NCBI GenBank assembly: GCA_965235115.1
Contig: OZ249447.1
Span: 15,500,001 to 15,564,000, forward strand
Source of the DNA: Laetmonice hystrix
Lineage: Eukaryota
Direction: 5' to 3'
Length of the DNA: 64,000 nt
Of the stretch, positions 62,450 through 64,000 are shown piece after piece; the stretch's first letter is position 1; every line of letters starts with the position of its first letter. The notes under the pieces are model-generated. The model searched no databases, was not told the origin of the DNA, and was given only the letters and a program-made list of their open reading frames with translations. The position numbers were made by a program, and so were the translations under genes.

Positions 62450-64000
62450 CTCCACAACGGTCGGGCATCCCGGCCTCGTTGGCTTAACAAACGTTGTAAA
62501 TAAATGTAAACTCTCAAATAAAGTGACAAATAAAGTAACGCACCTGTCTCACCTGTGGGGTGGACAGGTAAACATGGAACAAATGTCGCACAGACAGAAA
62601 GGTGTTGCCAGATATGAATTGTTTAAAATGGGTTGGGAACTACCTAAAGAGGTCTCTATTCCTCTTGCAGTAATCCACCGCCAGGATTCATTGAGGTAGG
62701 ATCGGGGTAAACCTGTGCACCCCTTCCGTCTTGTTCACGTTGGGGTAGGATCGGGGTAAACCTGTGCACCCCTTCCGTTCACGTTGAGTCGGTAAACCCG
62801 GACTTGTTCTTCACGGTTTGTTAGCGCCGTGTCTCTGTAATCACGAGCGCCCACCAGGGGGCGTTGTAAGGTTACAGGAGCTGACACCAGCCGGGCCTGC
62901 CAGGCGCTGATCTATGACATTTACGGGGACAGAACCCAGACAAAACGGATTACGTGGCCGTTAAGTCTGGGATAATCTCATCTTAAATCCGTTCTGCTCG
63001 TGACTAAGGCGTCAGCGCCAAGCTGTGATGATAATCAAGGCTGGATTGTTTAAATTTTTATCATGTGTTTCTCGCTCTCACCACTTTGGCTTTGAATTGA
63101 TACCCATAAAATCTGATACGATGCCAGGTACGCGGGCAGTTTGAGGATATGTTGTGCACTGAACCTTTGGTTAAGATAACATAAAACACCAATTCGGAGT
63201 ACATCATGAAGATTAAACTTTACCACAGTGTAGGGTAGAAGTACAACAGATCCACTGATGTGATTACAAGTGTATTGTGACTCGACCCTCTATTGTATAG
63301 GTATATTTCTAAACCGAAGCCATGACCTGTTACCTGTGGTCAGAAACCTTTCTGTAACCCACAGTAAGTAGATCGACCTTCACCCGTGCATCCAAGCGTG
63401 GAGTAGAAGGAAGTGGGAAGCTTTGTGTGGGGATTAACACCCAGGCTGAGTAAAAGAGAATGTTTACCTTTAAGATTATCCCAAAGCAAAATTGACTCGT
63501 ACGGCTACCTGAAGGTTGCCTCAGGTAACCTGTAGTAAGCCCTTGTAATCCCCCTGACAACCTGTGGTCGATTACCAGAAACTGAAACCCCCTCTCACAC
63601 CCCAACCCGTATGGCGTCTCCAACACTCATTTCAGAGTCAATACAATGACGATTTTGTGTGAGTGCTTGCAGGGCCTGAAGCCAAGGTTCAGCTGAAGTT
63701 TGACATTTTGATGACGGCACCGACATGGTGGGCTAGTGACACTGGCGCCCCCTGTTGTCATTATTTCGCATGAAAAAGTAGATTACGTTTTGTACTTGCT
63801 CGTGTTGACCAACTGAAGGTAGGACCGCCACTTTTAGAATTTTAATGATAGATAACTCGGAGATTCAACGATATACCGGATGGTGGGGGGAGCAGCCCCC
63901 CGTACCCCATTAAACCCAGAGAATTCTCAAGTATCCCCTCTCAAGGTCCCGTCTGAGGATTGTGTCGGACGACTGAAGCCGGAGAGACGCAGCCATGTGG

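Overview
Eukaryotic (invertebrate animal, probably lophotrochozoan; taxon is an inference) genomic DNA with spliced genes and one 187-N assembly gap. No prokaryotic operon, CRISPR array, rRNA or true tRNA was seen. Three protein-coding loci are supported. (1) A single-coding-exon class A peptide GPCR of the FMRFamide-receptor-like group on + (ATG 2414-3775), with a signal-peptide-like N-terminus. (2) A complete six-coding-exon BTB-BACK-Kelch gene on - (12163-8645, 577 aa, all splice phases consistent). (3) The 5' part of a PET-LIM family gene (Prickle3/Testin/Limpet type) on +, recognised from a Cys-rich exon at 31370-31458, with up to three candidate alternative first coding exons; I did not find its next exon in the remaining 32 kb. 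The rest is non-coding DNA with about 20 short tandem arrays, several MITEs (Harbinger-like, Kolobok-like, and a CA..TG family with 5-bp TSDs), one tRNA-derived V-domain SINE and several motif clusters. The best leads are a minisatellite built from the Kelch stop-codon region, the multi-promoter PET-LIM architecture, a 21-copy intronic array of CAG|GTGAG sites, a triple DR5 nuclear-receptor element, and the 5-bp-TSD MITE family. I did not find a clearly novel multi-gene system. All counts are manual and no searches were run.
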